Positions 33,291 through 42,197 of a stretch of 46,884 nt of DNA are shown in pieces. The stretch is from an uncultured Mogibacterium sp. (GTDB taxonomy: Bacteria; Bacillota; Clostridia; Peptostreptococcales; Anaerovoracaceae), in NCBI GenBank assembly GCA_964385855.1, contig CAYLSR010000001.1, positions 1-46,884 on the forward strand, in the 5' to 3' direction. The notes beneath the pieces are model-generated. The model was not told the origin of the DNA. It saw nothing but the letters and a program-made list of their open reading frames with translations, and did not search any database. Made by a program: the position numbers and the translations under genes. Position 1 is the stretch's first letter, and every line of letters starts with the position of its first letter.

Positions 33291-33752
33291 ATGACAAACC
33301 CAGACACCAACAAAATCCGCGTCGTCCTCTGCCGCCCCGGCGAATATGCGGAAGTCACCGAGATCGGCGAAGATCTCCGGTCCATGCAGGAGGCCGTCGG
33401 AGGGAACATCGAGGAATATATGCCTTTCGACTGCGCGCAGGACGAGACGCCGGATGACCGCATCCAAGATGTCGCTATTGTCTGCGATGACGAGGGTAAG
33501 CTGAAGAAATCCGCGCTGAACCGCGCGATTTACAGCCCGGAAGGAGACCTGCAGGACATCATTGCCGGGACATTTTTTATCTGCTATGCGCCAATCGCAA
33601 GCGAGAAATTCCTGTCACTGCCGGCAGATCTCGAGGCAAAGTTTCTAGAGAAGTTCAGGCTTCCGGAGCAATTTTTCATGATCGGATCCGGCGTCAGAGC
33701 GGTGAAGTTTGATCCAAAACAGGCACCAACAACGCAGGAGCAAGTGAGGTGA
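33291..33752 (+). CDS. DUF3846-like protein
   Basis: GGAAGGAG RBS upstream. The sequence pattern (I.VV...PG..A....I...L..MQ..VGG.IE......D....VCD.EGKL) is as recalled for DUF3846 on Firmicutes conjugative elements. Confidence 0.62.
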   Translation: MTNPDTNKIRVVLCRPGEYAEVTEIGEDLRSMQEAVGGNIEEYMPFDCAQDETPDDRIQDVAIVCDDEGKLKKSALNRAIYSPEGDLQDIIAGTFFICYAPIASEKFLSLPADLEAKFLEKFRLPEQFFMIGSGVRAVKFDPKQAPTTQEQVR

Positions 33753-34111
33753 CAGTGCCGGATTCCGGAGACAAAACCGGAGGAGTAACGGAGGTGCAAC
33801 GGTTGATTTTGTCCGCCGGAATCGGAGGGGTAATGTAGGTGCAAACGGCCATTTCACAGGCCAAAACTGCAGGTGTCACACAGGAGCTCCCGGCCATTTC
33901 CGCACCCATAAGGAGAGGAGCAGCACAGGTGTCAAAAAAGCCGGTTCCCCAAGCCTGGCAGCACCCGCCAACTTTAGCAAGCACTGAATCGTATCTCCTG
34001 CGGATCCACGATTCGGAAACTTGGTGGCAAGCCCCCAAACCCCCGGTGTCCGGCTGCCGGATGGAGTCCGGCGCATGTGATCAAAAGAGAGAAAGGAGCA
34101 ACACAAGAGCA
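33753..34111. other. Repeat-rich non-coding region upstream of mobC/relaxase; candidate oriT
   Basis: Direct repeats: GTAAYGKAGGTGCAA(A)CGG at 33785-33802 and 33830-33848; CGGCCATTTC at 33846 and 33891; CAGGTGTCA at 33870 and 33926. Inverted repeat GAATCGT-N15-ACGATTC at 33986-34014. Confidence 0.35.
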
Positions 34112-34435
34112 ATGAAGAGAACCATCAAAAAGGCCTTCTGGGTCAACCGGAAGGAAGCGGACGACCTCCGCAGGAAGGCAGAATCCGCCTGCTTGACTGA
34201 GTCGGAATTCATGAGACAACTGATTACAGGATATATTCCGCCGGCAAAACCGGATGAGCGGTTTTACCGGGCGATGGATATCATCCGCGAGATGGCGGAT
34301 GCTGTCGATGAGATCGCGATGAAGGCGGACGGTCCGGTCAACATGATCGCGATCATGACAGAAGCGAAGAAGTGGCGGATGCTGCAGAATGCTCTGGAGA
34401 AGGAGTTTCTTCGCCCGAAGAGGAGTGATGCGTGA
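34112..34435 (+). CDS. mobC: MobC-like relaxosome accessory protein (ribbon-helix-helix)
   Basis: GAAAGGAG RBS upstream. The motif F.V...EA..L..KA.....TESEF.R.LI fits this family. The stop overlaps the relaxase start. Confidence 0.68.
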   Translation: MKRTIKKAFWVNRKEADDLRRKAESACLTESEFMRQLITGYIPPAKPDERFYRAMDIIREMADAVDEIAMKADGPVNMIAIMTEAKKWRMLQNALEKEFLRPKRSDA

Positions 34436-35793
34436 TGGCAGTGACCAAGATCTGGAACATCCGGAACCATGCCGGCGCGGCGCTTTCCTATGTGGCAGAC
34501 CCGGAGAAGACGCTGAGGGAATTCTCGGAGTCCGAACTGCAGGCGCTTGCGGATGTCATCGCTTACGCTGCGAACGAGGACAAAACCGAACAGCTTTTCT
34601 ACACCACAGGGATCAACTGCAGCGTGGACTTTGCCAGAGACCAGTTTGATACGGTCAAGATCCGTTTTGGTAAGTTGGGCGGTAATGTCGCCTATCACGC
34701 CTATCAGAGCTTCAAAGGCGATGAAGCAACACCGGATGAAGCACACAAAATCGGCGTACAGCTTGCGAAAGAGCTCTGGGGTGACCGGTTTCAGTGTGTC
34801 GTCGCGACGCATGTGAACACAGATAATGTCCACAACCACATTGTGATCAACAGTGTGTCGTTCCGGGACGGGAAGAAGTTTTATGACTCCAAAGACATGT
34901 ACCGGAAGATCAGAGAAACTTCCGACCGCATCTGCCGAGAGCACGGGTTGTCTGTCGTGGAGGAACCGAAGGGCAGGGGCGTCAGCAAATACCTCTACAC
35001 CATGGAGAAAGCTGGCATGCCGACGCGGTACAATGTCGCGCGGCAGGCGATCGACGAAGCGGTCAGCCTCAGCGTCAATATGGAGGAATTTAAAGCAGAA
35101 CTCCGGCTGCGCGGTTACCGTTACCAGTTTAATCACAACAGGAAGTACTGGACTGTCACGCCACCCGGCTGGACGAAGCCGATCCGCGTCCATCAGCTGG
35201 GTGAGGAATACAGCAGGGAGCGGATCGAGCAGCGGGTCTATGAGAACGATGCAAGTGTCCGGCAGGAGAGGCTGCGCCAGCAATATCACGTCCCAAACCA
35301 TTACAATCTCCGGCGCAGGATCGACCGCATCATGGGGCGGTCCGGGCTAGAGAAGCTGTATCTCCGTTACTGCTACGAGCTCGGCTACCTCCCGAAGTAC
35401 CGGCAGAGCCCAACAAAACTGCATATCGTCCTGAAGGAAGATCTTCTGAAGTGCGATCAGTACTCGGAGCAGGCGAAGCTCCTGTCCCGCTATCACATCA
35501 GCACGGATGAGGATCTTTCTTCATTCATGGGAAAAGCAGAAGCGCGCATTGCGGAGATCACCGCGCAGAGAGAAGAGCTTCGCAGAAAGGCGAAGCGCGT
35601 CCTTCCTGAAGCCGAGATTATGAAGACCAAAGAAGAGATCAAAACACTCACCGCGGAACTGAAGGATCTTCGGCATGAGGCCAAGGTCGCGAAGCAGATT
35701 GAGGAGCGGTCAGGGCATGTCAGGGAGAATCTGGAGATTGTTGATCGTGAACGAAACGTTTTACCACTGTGCATAGATTCGGTATCTCGCTAA
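34435..35793 (+). CDS. Relaxase/mobilisation nuclease (MobA/VirD2 family)
   Basis: Conserved HAYQSF and the histidine triad region H.NTDN.HNHIVINSV. Confidence 0.88.
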   Translation: MAVTKIWNIRNHAGAALSYVADPEKTLREFSESELQALADVIAYAANEDKTEQLFYTTGINCSVDFARDQFDTVKIRFGKLGGNVAYHAYQSFKGDEATPDEAHKIGVQLAKELWGDRFQCVVATHVNTDNVHNHIVINSVSFRDGKKFYDSKDMYRKIRETSDRICREHGLSVVEEPKGRGVSKYLYTMEKAGMPTRYNVARQAIDEAVSLSVNMEEFKAELRLRGYRYQFNHNRKYWTVTPPGWTKPIRVHQLGEEYSRERIEQRVYENDASVRQERLRQQYHVPNHYNLRRRIDRIMGRSGLEKLYLRYCYELGYLPKYRQSPTKLHIVLKEDLLKCDQYSEQAKLLSRYHISTDEDLSSFMGKAEARIAEITAQREELRRKAKRVLPEAEIMKTKEEIKTLTAELKDLRHEAKVAKQIEERSGHVRENLEIVDRERNVLPLCIDSVSR

Positions 35794-35836
35794 AAGACAA
35801 GAAGTATATACAATCATCAATAATGGATGTGAACAG

Positions 35837-35863
35837 AATTTTCCAGACAGTGTCTGGAAAATT
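35837..35863. repeat. Perfect 27-bp palindrome AATTTTCCAGACA-G-TGTCTGGAAAATT
   Basis: Read directly from the sequence. It lies in an AT-richer spacer between the relaxase gene and pcfB. Confidence 0.85.
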
Positions 35864-35942
35864 GAGAGGAAAATATTCTTATGAGCGATGAGTATCGGCG
35901 CCAATGCCGGTGCTTTTCTTATCCCCAAAATGAAAGGAGTTG

Positions 35943-36635
35943 ATGACAATGAACCCAGGCGGAGACGCAGCCGAACAGGTCGTCCGGCTGTCCCTCGAAG
36001 GCATGGAAGTCGCCGCGAAGATCTCAGGAGAAGGCGCGAAGAAACTCGCTGTTCTCCTCTATACGGTATTGAAACAGGAACAGAAGACCAAGGGCAAAAC
36101 CCGTCTCACGAGCATGCTCCGGTCCGGCAAGGAGCTCAAGATCTACACGATCACGCAGAACGATCTCCGGAAGTTTTCGCAGGAAGCGAAGCGCTACGGC
36201 GTCCTCTACTGCGTGCTCAAGGACCGGAATAATCCGGATCCCGAAGCCGCGATTGATGTGATCGCGCGAGCGGATGACGCGTCCAAGATTCAGAGGATCA
36301 CCGAGCGGTTTAAGCTCGCGACGGTCAGCCACGCGACGGTTGCCGGACACACGGAGCGGGAGAAGGACGAGTTTTTCCTGAAGGAGCAGCCATCAAACCC
36401 CCGGGAGGCGAGGACAGCATGCGGCCCTCTGTCCGAGCCAGGCTCGAAGCAGGCAGGCCGGTACGGTGGGTTGACATCGGAAAGGGATAGGCCGTCCGTC
36501 CGAATGAAGCTGAACGCTTACCGGACGGAGAAGGACCGCACAAAAGAGAGGTCGTCCATCGCGAAAGAAGCGATCGACACAGTTAAGGAAATCGGAAGAG
36601 CGGTGTCGAAGACACCGGGAAAGGAAGAACGGTAG
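35943..36635 (+). CDS. pcfB: PcfB-family (DUF3801) protein
   Basis: The N-terminus (AEQVVR.SLEG.EVA.KISG.GAK.LA..LY..LK) is typical of PcfB. The start is either 35943 or 35949. Confidence 0.72.
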   Translation: MTMNPGGDAAEQVVRLSLEGMEVAAKISGEGAKKLAVLLYTVLKQEQKTKGKTRLTSMLRSGKELKIYTITQNDLRKFSQEAKRYGVLYCVLKDRNNPDPEAAIDVIARADDASKIQRITERFKLATVSHATVAGHTEREKDEFFLKEQPSNPREARTACGPLSEPGSKQAGRYGGLTSERDRPSVRMKLNAYRTEKDRTKERSSIAKEAIDTVKEIGRAVSKTPGKEER

Positions 36636-36636
36636 T

Positions 36637-37467
36637 ATGACAGAGAACAGGGATTTTGGTAAGGACGGTTACCGGCAGCAGAAGCAGCAGGAGCGGGAAG
36701 AGGTCTTTGGCATGCTGGACGAGGCGATGGAGGCGCTCTCGCAGCCAATCGGTCTGAAGGCCTACGCGGATGTGCAGAGCAGGCTGATGAGCCTCTCGGT
36801 CTCAAACGCGCTTCTTGTGATGAAGCAGCGGCCGGACGCGAAAATGCTCCGGACATACGATGAGTGGAAGGAACAGAACATCTCCGTGAAGAAGGGGGAG
36901 AAAGGGGTCCTTGCTCTGCAGGGTGAAGAGTACACCAAGGAGGATGGTTCCGCCGGGAGGGCGTCGAAGGTCGTCCGACTCTTCGACATCAGCCAGACGA
37001 ACGCTGAGGGAAGGGAAATCCGACAGGTTGCTCCCGGGAAGTTTCTCCGGGAGATGACTGCGACATCTCCGGTTCCGGTTGTGCTGAAGGATGATCTGCT
37101 GAAGGGCACGGAAGGCTTCTATCATGAGACGTCCGGTGCGATCCTGCTCCGGGAAAACCTGCCGGAGGCATCCAAAGTCTTCGTGCTCGCCAGAGAGCTT
37201 TCCCTGATCGAGATCGCCGGTGAGTCCGGTAGATCGGGACAGGAGGCGCACGCGATGGCGGAGCTTTCCGCGTATCTTCTTACGAAGCGGTGCGGGCTTG
37301 AGCCGCCGCAGTTGATCTTCCCGAGGATCATGCGGTCATTCGAAGGCAAGACTGCGCAGGAAATCCGCAGTGATCTCAGCGATGCGAAGCGCGCGGCTTC
37401 TTCGATCGATTATCCTTGCCGGGAGTACCGGAAGAAGCAGCGGGAGCAGAGTCAGGAGGGCAGGTGA
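36637..37467 (+). CDS. Second ArdC-like ssDNA-binding protein with a degenerate peptidase motif
   Basis: Paralogous pattern to 26405-27319 (S.SN.LL...QRPDA......Y.EW.....V.KGEKG...L). Has ARELSLIE in place of HExxH. Confidence 0.6.
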   Translation: MTENRDFGKDGYRQQKQQEREEVFGMLDEAMEALSQPIGLKAYADVQSRLMSLSVSNALLVMKQRPDAKMLRTYDEWKEQNISVKKGEKGVLALQGEEYTKEDGSAGRASKVVRLFDISQTNAEGREIRQVAPGKFLREMTATSPVPVVLKDDLLKGTEGFYHETSGAILLRENLPEASKVFVLARELSLIEIAGESGRSGQEAHAMAELSAYLLTKRCGLEPPQLIFPRIMRSFEGKTAQEIRSDLSDAKRAASSIDYPCREYRKKQREQSQEGR

Positions 37468-39299
37468 ACGGGAATCGGAAAGAAACCGTGATCTTCGTCC
37501 TTGCCGGGGCGGTTCCAGTCATTTGGATCGCGCTGCTTCTGGCGCCGTACTGGGAGGAGAGCCTGTTGGAGATGATTTCCCATACAGGCGAGATCTTTGC
37601 GGATCCCCTTCACGTTGAGTGGTGCCGGCACAGCTTACGGACGGTTCTCTTTTGCCTGTTTGTCTATGCGATGGGGATCTGCATCTGGCTTTCCAGCGGG
37701 AAGAACTACCGGCGCGGCGAGGAACACGGATCCGCGCGGTGGGGCGATGCCGCGGCATTGAACCGAAAGTACCGGCAGAAGCCGGATCACATGAACAAGA
37801 TCCTGACGCGGCATGTCGGAATCGGCTTCGACGGGCACAGGCACCGCAGGAACTTGAACGTCCTCGTGATCGGAGGAAGCGGCGCGGGCAAGACGAGATT
37901 CTACGTCAAGCCCAATGTCATGCAGGCAGCCGGGACGGTGAAACCCGGCGCGCCTGCTTTTTCCCTGGTGATCACCGACCCGAAAGGCGAGCTGTGTCTT
38001 TCTACGGGGAAGCTCCTCGAGGCCAGCGGGTACCGGGTGCTCGTTCTGGACCTCATTGAGATGCAGAAGAGTCACTGCTACAATCCGTTCGTCTATCTCC
38101 GGAATGATAACGACGTCCAGCGGCTGGTAACCAATCTCTTCAAGGCGACTACGCCAAAGGGATCGAAGAGCTCGGATCCCTTCTGGGACACATCGGCGCA
38201 GATGCTCCTGCTTGCGCTGATCTTTTACCTGAAGTACGAGGCGCCGGAAGATGAGCAGAACTTCTCGATGGTCATGGAGATGCTGAGAGCCGGTGATGTG
38301 GATGAGGAGGACAAGATGCCGAGCGCACTAGACAACCTCTTCTACGATCTCCGCAAGACCGATCCCGGACACATCGCGTTGAAGTATTACGATGCCTATC
38401 ACTCCGGCGCGGCCAAGACGCTGAAGTCGATCCAGATCACGCTGGCGTCGCGGCTCGAGAAGTTCAATCTGGAGAGTGTGGCCAGCCTCACGGTCACCGA
38501 TGAACTGGAACTGTGGCGGATGGGGGAGGAGAAGACGGCTCTGTTCGCGATTATCCCAGATAACGACACCTCTTTCAACTTCCTAGTGAGCCTCCTGTAT
38601 ACGCAGCTCTTTCAGCAGCTGTTTGAGGTGGCGGACAAGAAGTACGGCGGCAGTTTGCCGGTACCGGTGCAGCTGCTCCTCGATGAGTTCGCGAACATTC
38701 CGCTCCCGGATGACTTCGATAAGATCCTTTCGGTCATGCGATCCCGTGGCGTGTCGGTCAGCATCATCCTGCAGAACCTTGCACAGCTCAAGGCACTCTT
38801 CGAAAAGCAATGGGAATCAATCGTAGGTAACTGCGACGAGTTCATCTACCTCGGCGGGAACGAGCAGTCGACGCATAAGTATGTTTCCGAACTGCTCGGC
38901 AAAGCGACGATCGACATGAATACCTATAACCGAAGTTCGGGAAAGGGCGGCAGCTACTCGACCAGCTATCAGTTGCAGGGGCGGGAGCTTATGACGCCGG
39001 ATGAGGTGCGGATGCTGGATAACCGATATGCGCTTCTGTTTGTCCGGGGCGAGCGGCCTGTGAAGGATCTGAAGTACGACATCCTGAAGCATCCGGCAAT
39101 TGATCTGACCGCCGACGGGAAGGCGGAACCGTATCAGCATGGGGAGGCGGAGGATGTGGTGTTTACGATCGCGCTTACTCCTGATCCGGATTCAGCCGAC
39201 AATACAAGCGGCTATCGGACAGAAGAGATTGATACAACCTACGAGATTCTGTCCGAAGAGGATGTTGAAAAGCAGTTTGCGCAGGCGAGTGTTCCCTGA
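37464..39299 (+). CDS. Type IV coupling protein (VirD4/TraG-like)
   Basis: Two N-terminal TM helices, Walker A VIGGSGAGKT and Walker B LLLDEF. GTG 37464 overlaps the previous stop. The track start at 37416 is a TTG. Confidence 0.9.
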   Translation: MNGNRKETVIFVLAGAVPVIWIALLLAPYWEESLLEMISHTGEIFADPLHVEWCRHSLRTVLFCLFVYAMGICIWLSSGKNYRRGEEHGSARWGDAAALNRKYRQKPDHMNKILTRHVGIGFDGHRHRRNLNVLVIGGSGAGKTRFYVKPNVMQAAGTVKPGAPAFSLVITDPKGELCLSTGKLLEASGYRVLVLDLIEMQKSHCYNPFVYLRNDNDVQRLVTNLFKATTPKGSKSSDPFWDTSAQMLLLALIFYLKYEAPEDEQNFSMVMEMLRAGDVDEEDKMPSALDNLFYDLRKTDPGHIALKYYDAYHSGAAKTLKSIQITLASRLEKFNLESVASLTVTDELELWRMGEEKTALFAIIPDNDTSFNFLVSLLYTQLFQQLFEVADKKYGGSLPVPVQLLLDEFANIPLPDDFDKILSVMRSRGVSVSIILQNLAQLKALFEKQWESIVGNCDEFIYLGGNEQSTHKYVSELLGKATIDMNTYNRSSGKGGSYSTSYQLQGRELMTPDEVRMLDNRYALLFVRGERPVKDLKYDILKHPAIDLTADGKAEPYQHGEAEDVVFTIALTPDPDSADNTSGYRTEEIDTTYEILSEEDVEKQFAQASVP

Positions 39300-39335
39300 G
39301 TTAAGGCAGCTATGCGAAGAAGGAGGCAAATTAGC

Positions 39336-39671
39336 ATGAAAATGAAAAGCAAACGAACAAATCTTACCGGCAGCCCTGCGAACCGGCGGCGCGCCATGCT
39401 GCTGTACGCTGCGGCAGTGTGTGTGTTCACTCTCGGCGCGGGTACCTGCTACGCGGACGGAGATCCGGTCGCGGTGGTCAATAACCTGTCCAACTTCATC
39501 TTCAGCCTGATTCGTGCGATCGGGATGATCCTGCTCGGGTTTGGCATCATGCAGGTGGGTCTGTCGCTGAAGTCGCATGATCCGAGCCAGCGGGCGAACG
39601 GGTTTCTGACGGTGGCGGGAGGGATTATTATTACGTTTACGAAGGAGATATTGAATATGATTGTGGGGTAG
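39336..39671 (+). CDS. Maff2-family small membrane protein of the T4SS module
   Basis: AGGAGG lies 9 nt upstream of ATG 39336. The protein has a signal/TM segment and the motif PV..V.NLS.FIF...R.IG.I.L.FG..Q.G.S...HD..QR. Confidence 0.75.
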   Translation: MKMKSKRTNLTGSPANRRRAMLLYAAAVCVFTLGAGTCYADGDPVAVVNNLSNFIFSLIRAIGMILLGFGIMQVGLSLKSHDPSQRANGFLTVAGGIIITFTKEILNMIVG

Positions 39672-39687
39672 TGCGGAGTAATAGAAG

Positions 39688-39728
39688 GAGAGGCCCGGCC
39701 GTCCACTTGAGGGTCAGCCGGGTCTCTC
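39688..39728. terminator. Hairpin between convergent maff2 and the AraC-type gene
   Basis: Stem GAGAGGCCCGGC / GCCGGGTCTCTC (one G-T pair) with a 17-nt loop. Confidence 0.45.
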
Positions 39729-39741
39729 TTGACGATTGCTA

Positions 39742-41898
39742 TCAGCTCTTTTGCTCTGTCCCGTTCAACGCTCTGTATTCACTTGGCGTCATACCAGTCA
39801 CCTGCTTGAATACACGCATGAAGTTCTGTACCGTGGTGAAGCCAACTTCCGTATAAATATCTTTGATTAGCACATTCTTATTCTCCAACGCCTGACGCGC
39901 ATTGTTGATGCGGGTTTCATTGAGAAACTGATTGACACTCTTTCCATAGGTCTCCTTAAACAATCGCCCAAGATAGCTGTCATTGATACCGACGTACTCT
40001 GCGATTGTTGACATGGAGAGATTCGGATCCGCGTAGTTTTCAAGAATGTATTTTCTTGCATTGTGGACATAACGGTAGGACCGGCTGCGCAATTTGTCGT
40101 GGAGACTGGTGATAATTCTATCATGCAGGGCAACAACATTTTCCCGCAGAAGCTCCACTGATTCAGTCTGATCCGTTTCTTTTTCCAAAGGATCAGATTC
40201 AATAAGTGAATACGAGGCAGCAGACGCCCATAGCGCACGCTGGAGTTCCTGATAGCAGGAGGCTTTCAGGTCTTGCGGCATGGAATCGATTTGCAGAAGC
40301 AGGTGGTGAAAAGCGGCGGTTTCCGCATCTTTATTCATATCATACATTTTAGATACATATTCACTGACAGATGCGGAAATCCCTCTCTGGTATTCTGTGT
40401 AGTCGACAATAGAAGAATTGACCATTCCGCTGTAAGTGTTCCGAAATGCGGAAGAGAGTTCCCTAAGATCGTGAAATAGCTGGCTGATTGCAACATTCCG
40501 GCCAGTCATACCCTGAGTATTGATTTCAATCAAATTGCGGTAATGCCTGAGAAATGTTTTGGTCAGCTCGGCAGTTTCATGGCGATCCTGTATTAGCGTC
40601 AGAAGGTTAAACCTGTAAGGGAACGAGTAGGCAGTCATTTCAGGGTATTGCTGACGGTTTAATTCACTGCAGATTTCCGGAAGTTTGTTCTGATCCAAAA
40701 TACCAGTGGAGAGATCTGAAGTAACGAACAGATAGAAATTCCCTGTGCGGGTATAGGAGCTGCCGGTTGCGGAAAGAATGTACGGCAAAACATCTTCCGG
40801 AATGGTCTCTTCATTCAGAAGATCGGCAAGCAGATGGTTCAGAATTGGCTCCGGTACTGCTTCCAGTACACGCCGGTATTCAGTGTTCCGGGAGATGTGT
40901 TTTCCAATAACAGTCCATTCGTTCTCATTTACAGGAACCGGATCATCGAGTTTGTTGACGACATCCCGCATTGGACGATAGATAACTTTTGCGGCAGCGA
41001 AAGCCGCATACCCTGCAACCAGAAGGAGCAGCACGAGCGTCAGCAACAGCCAGGCACTGCTGTAGATGCCAAAAATAGAGAAGGTGATCGGCGTATAACA
41101 GTAATAGTAATCCAAAGATGTCTTGGCGGAATGAGCGTAGAGGATTACCGCATCATCGGTTTCCCGGATGCTGGATTCCTCATATAGTTCCGGATACATC
41201 TGATCCAAAAGTTCCAGATTGAAAGAAGCAGGCAGCTGGAACAGGATTTTGCCGTCAGCGGTTATGATTGCGATGTGATTATCAAGCAGATTCAGGGTTT
41301 GCGCAATCAGGTCTTTGTTCAGCTCTACGAGAATCGTTGCGCCGCCGGAATACCCTGGCAGATAAGAAACCCGGGTATAGATATTGCCGTCCTGTGTCAG
41401 AAGATCAAAGCCCTGGTTGCCGATGGGATTGACAGATTCGGCAGAAAAGAGATTCGCGCAAGTCGTGTCATCTAATGACTTGACCCACATATTGGAGCTG
41501 TAGACACAGTGATTGTCTTTCACATAAATCATGATACTGTTGATGTAATGATTGGAATTCGCGATATCACAAATGAGAGTGAGGAGCTCATCCGTACGTT
41601 CTTCATCGGATCGTTTGATGGGATCTGTTACAGCCCTCAGTATGGTTGAACTGAACATCATATTCCAGACGGTATCATCTGCAGACGAGATGATGGAATC
41701 CATCGTATTAGTGATCTGATTCAGTGTCTGCTCATTATAGGTGCGAGATAGCTGTTTCCAGTTTGAATATTGGACATACGAAAGAATGAACTGGAACAAA
41801 ACCAGCAGCACAAGAATAACACAGAGTATAGATAGGAAGTTGCGCCACAGCACCGTGCGGAATTTGCGGAATCTTGTAGGCATTTTACACACCCTCAT
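39742..41898 (-). CDS. Membrane-bound sensor regulator with a C-terminal AraC-type HTH domain
   Basis: 718-aa protein with an N-terminal TM helix, an extracytoplasmic region, a second TM helix, and a C-terminal dual-HTH AraC signature (...IAEYVGINDSYLGRLFK...GFTTVQNFMRVFKQVTGMTPSEYR). Confidence 0.85.
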   Translation of the reverse strand: MRVCKMPTRFRKFRTVLWRNFLSILCVILVLLVLFQFILSYVQYSNWKQLSRTYNEQTLNQITNTMDSIISSADDTVWNMMFSSTILRAVTDPIKRSDEERTDELLTLICDIANSNHYINSIMIYVKDNHCVYSSNMWVKSLDDTTCANLFSAESVNPIGNQGFDLLTQDGNIYTRVSYLPGYSGGATILVELNKDLIAQTLNLLDNHIAIITADGKILFQLPASFNLELLDQMYPELYEESSIRETDDAVILYAHSAKTSLDYYYCYTPITFSIFGIYSSAWLLLTLVLLLLVAGYAAFAAAKVIYRPMRDVVNKLDDPVPVNENEWTVIGKHISRNTEYRRVLEAVPEPILNHLLADLLNEETIPEDVLPYILSATGSSYTRTGNFYLFVTSDLSTGILDQNKLPEICSELNRQQYPEMTAYSFPYRFNLLTLIQDRHETAELTKTFLRHYRNLIEINTQGMTGRNVAISQLFHDLRELSSAFRNTYSGMVNSSIVDYTEYQRGISASVSEYVSKMYDMNKDAETAAFHHLLLQIDSMPQDLKASCYQELQRALWASAASYSLIESDPLEKETDQTESVELLRENVVALHDRIITSLHDKLRSRSYRYVHNARKYILENYADPNLSMSTIAEYVGINDSYLGRLFKETYGKSVNQFLNETRINNARQALENKNVLIKDIYTEVGFTTVQNFMRVFKQVTGMTPSEYRALNGTEQKS

Positions 41899-42197
41899 TT
41901 CATTTCTCGCCGGTCAATTGAATTATATTACAGGCAAAAAATCCCATTCAAGCACAATGAACAAAATAAGTGAAAAATATCCAAACCCATGAACATTATT
42001 TGAAATCAGGAAGATAGGCGGAATCCATTCAGAATCGGTTTCTTTTCCGTAAGTCTCAGCACTTCTATAATACAATCAAGGAATAGCGGGAACAAAGTTA
42101 TCATAGGTTTGGTTTCTTCCCGCTTTTGTATGAAGGGATTATCCGGAACAGGCCGGATAATCGGAAGGCAGTTACAGAAGAGAAAGGAGAAGGCGAA

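Noticed and set aside
33839-34111. N-terminal 91 codons of track ORF 33839-34435
   Set aside because: There is no RBS, the stretch is repeat-rich, and its sequence is Pro/Ala/Gln-rich and non-protein-like. The MobC-like sequence and a good RBS begin at 34112. I treat this stretch as non-coding and as a candidate oriT.
34264-35301. 345-aa ORF on the minus strand
   Set aside because: It is antisense to mobC and the relaxase gene, which carry diagnostic motifs.
35888-36232. 114-aa ORF overlapping pcfB in another frame
   Set aside because: The product is Arg-rich with no RBS, and the PcfB frame has recognisable family sequence.
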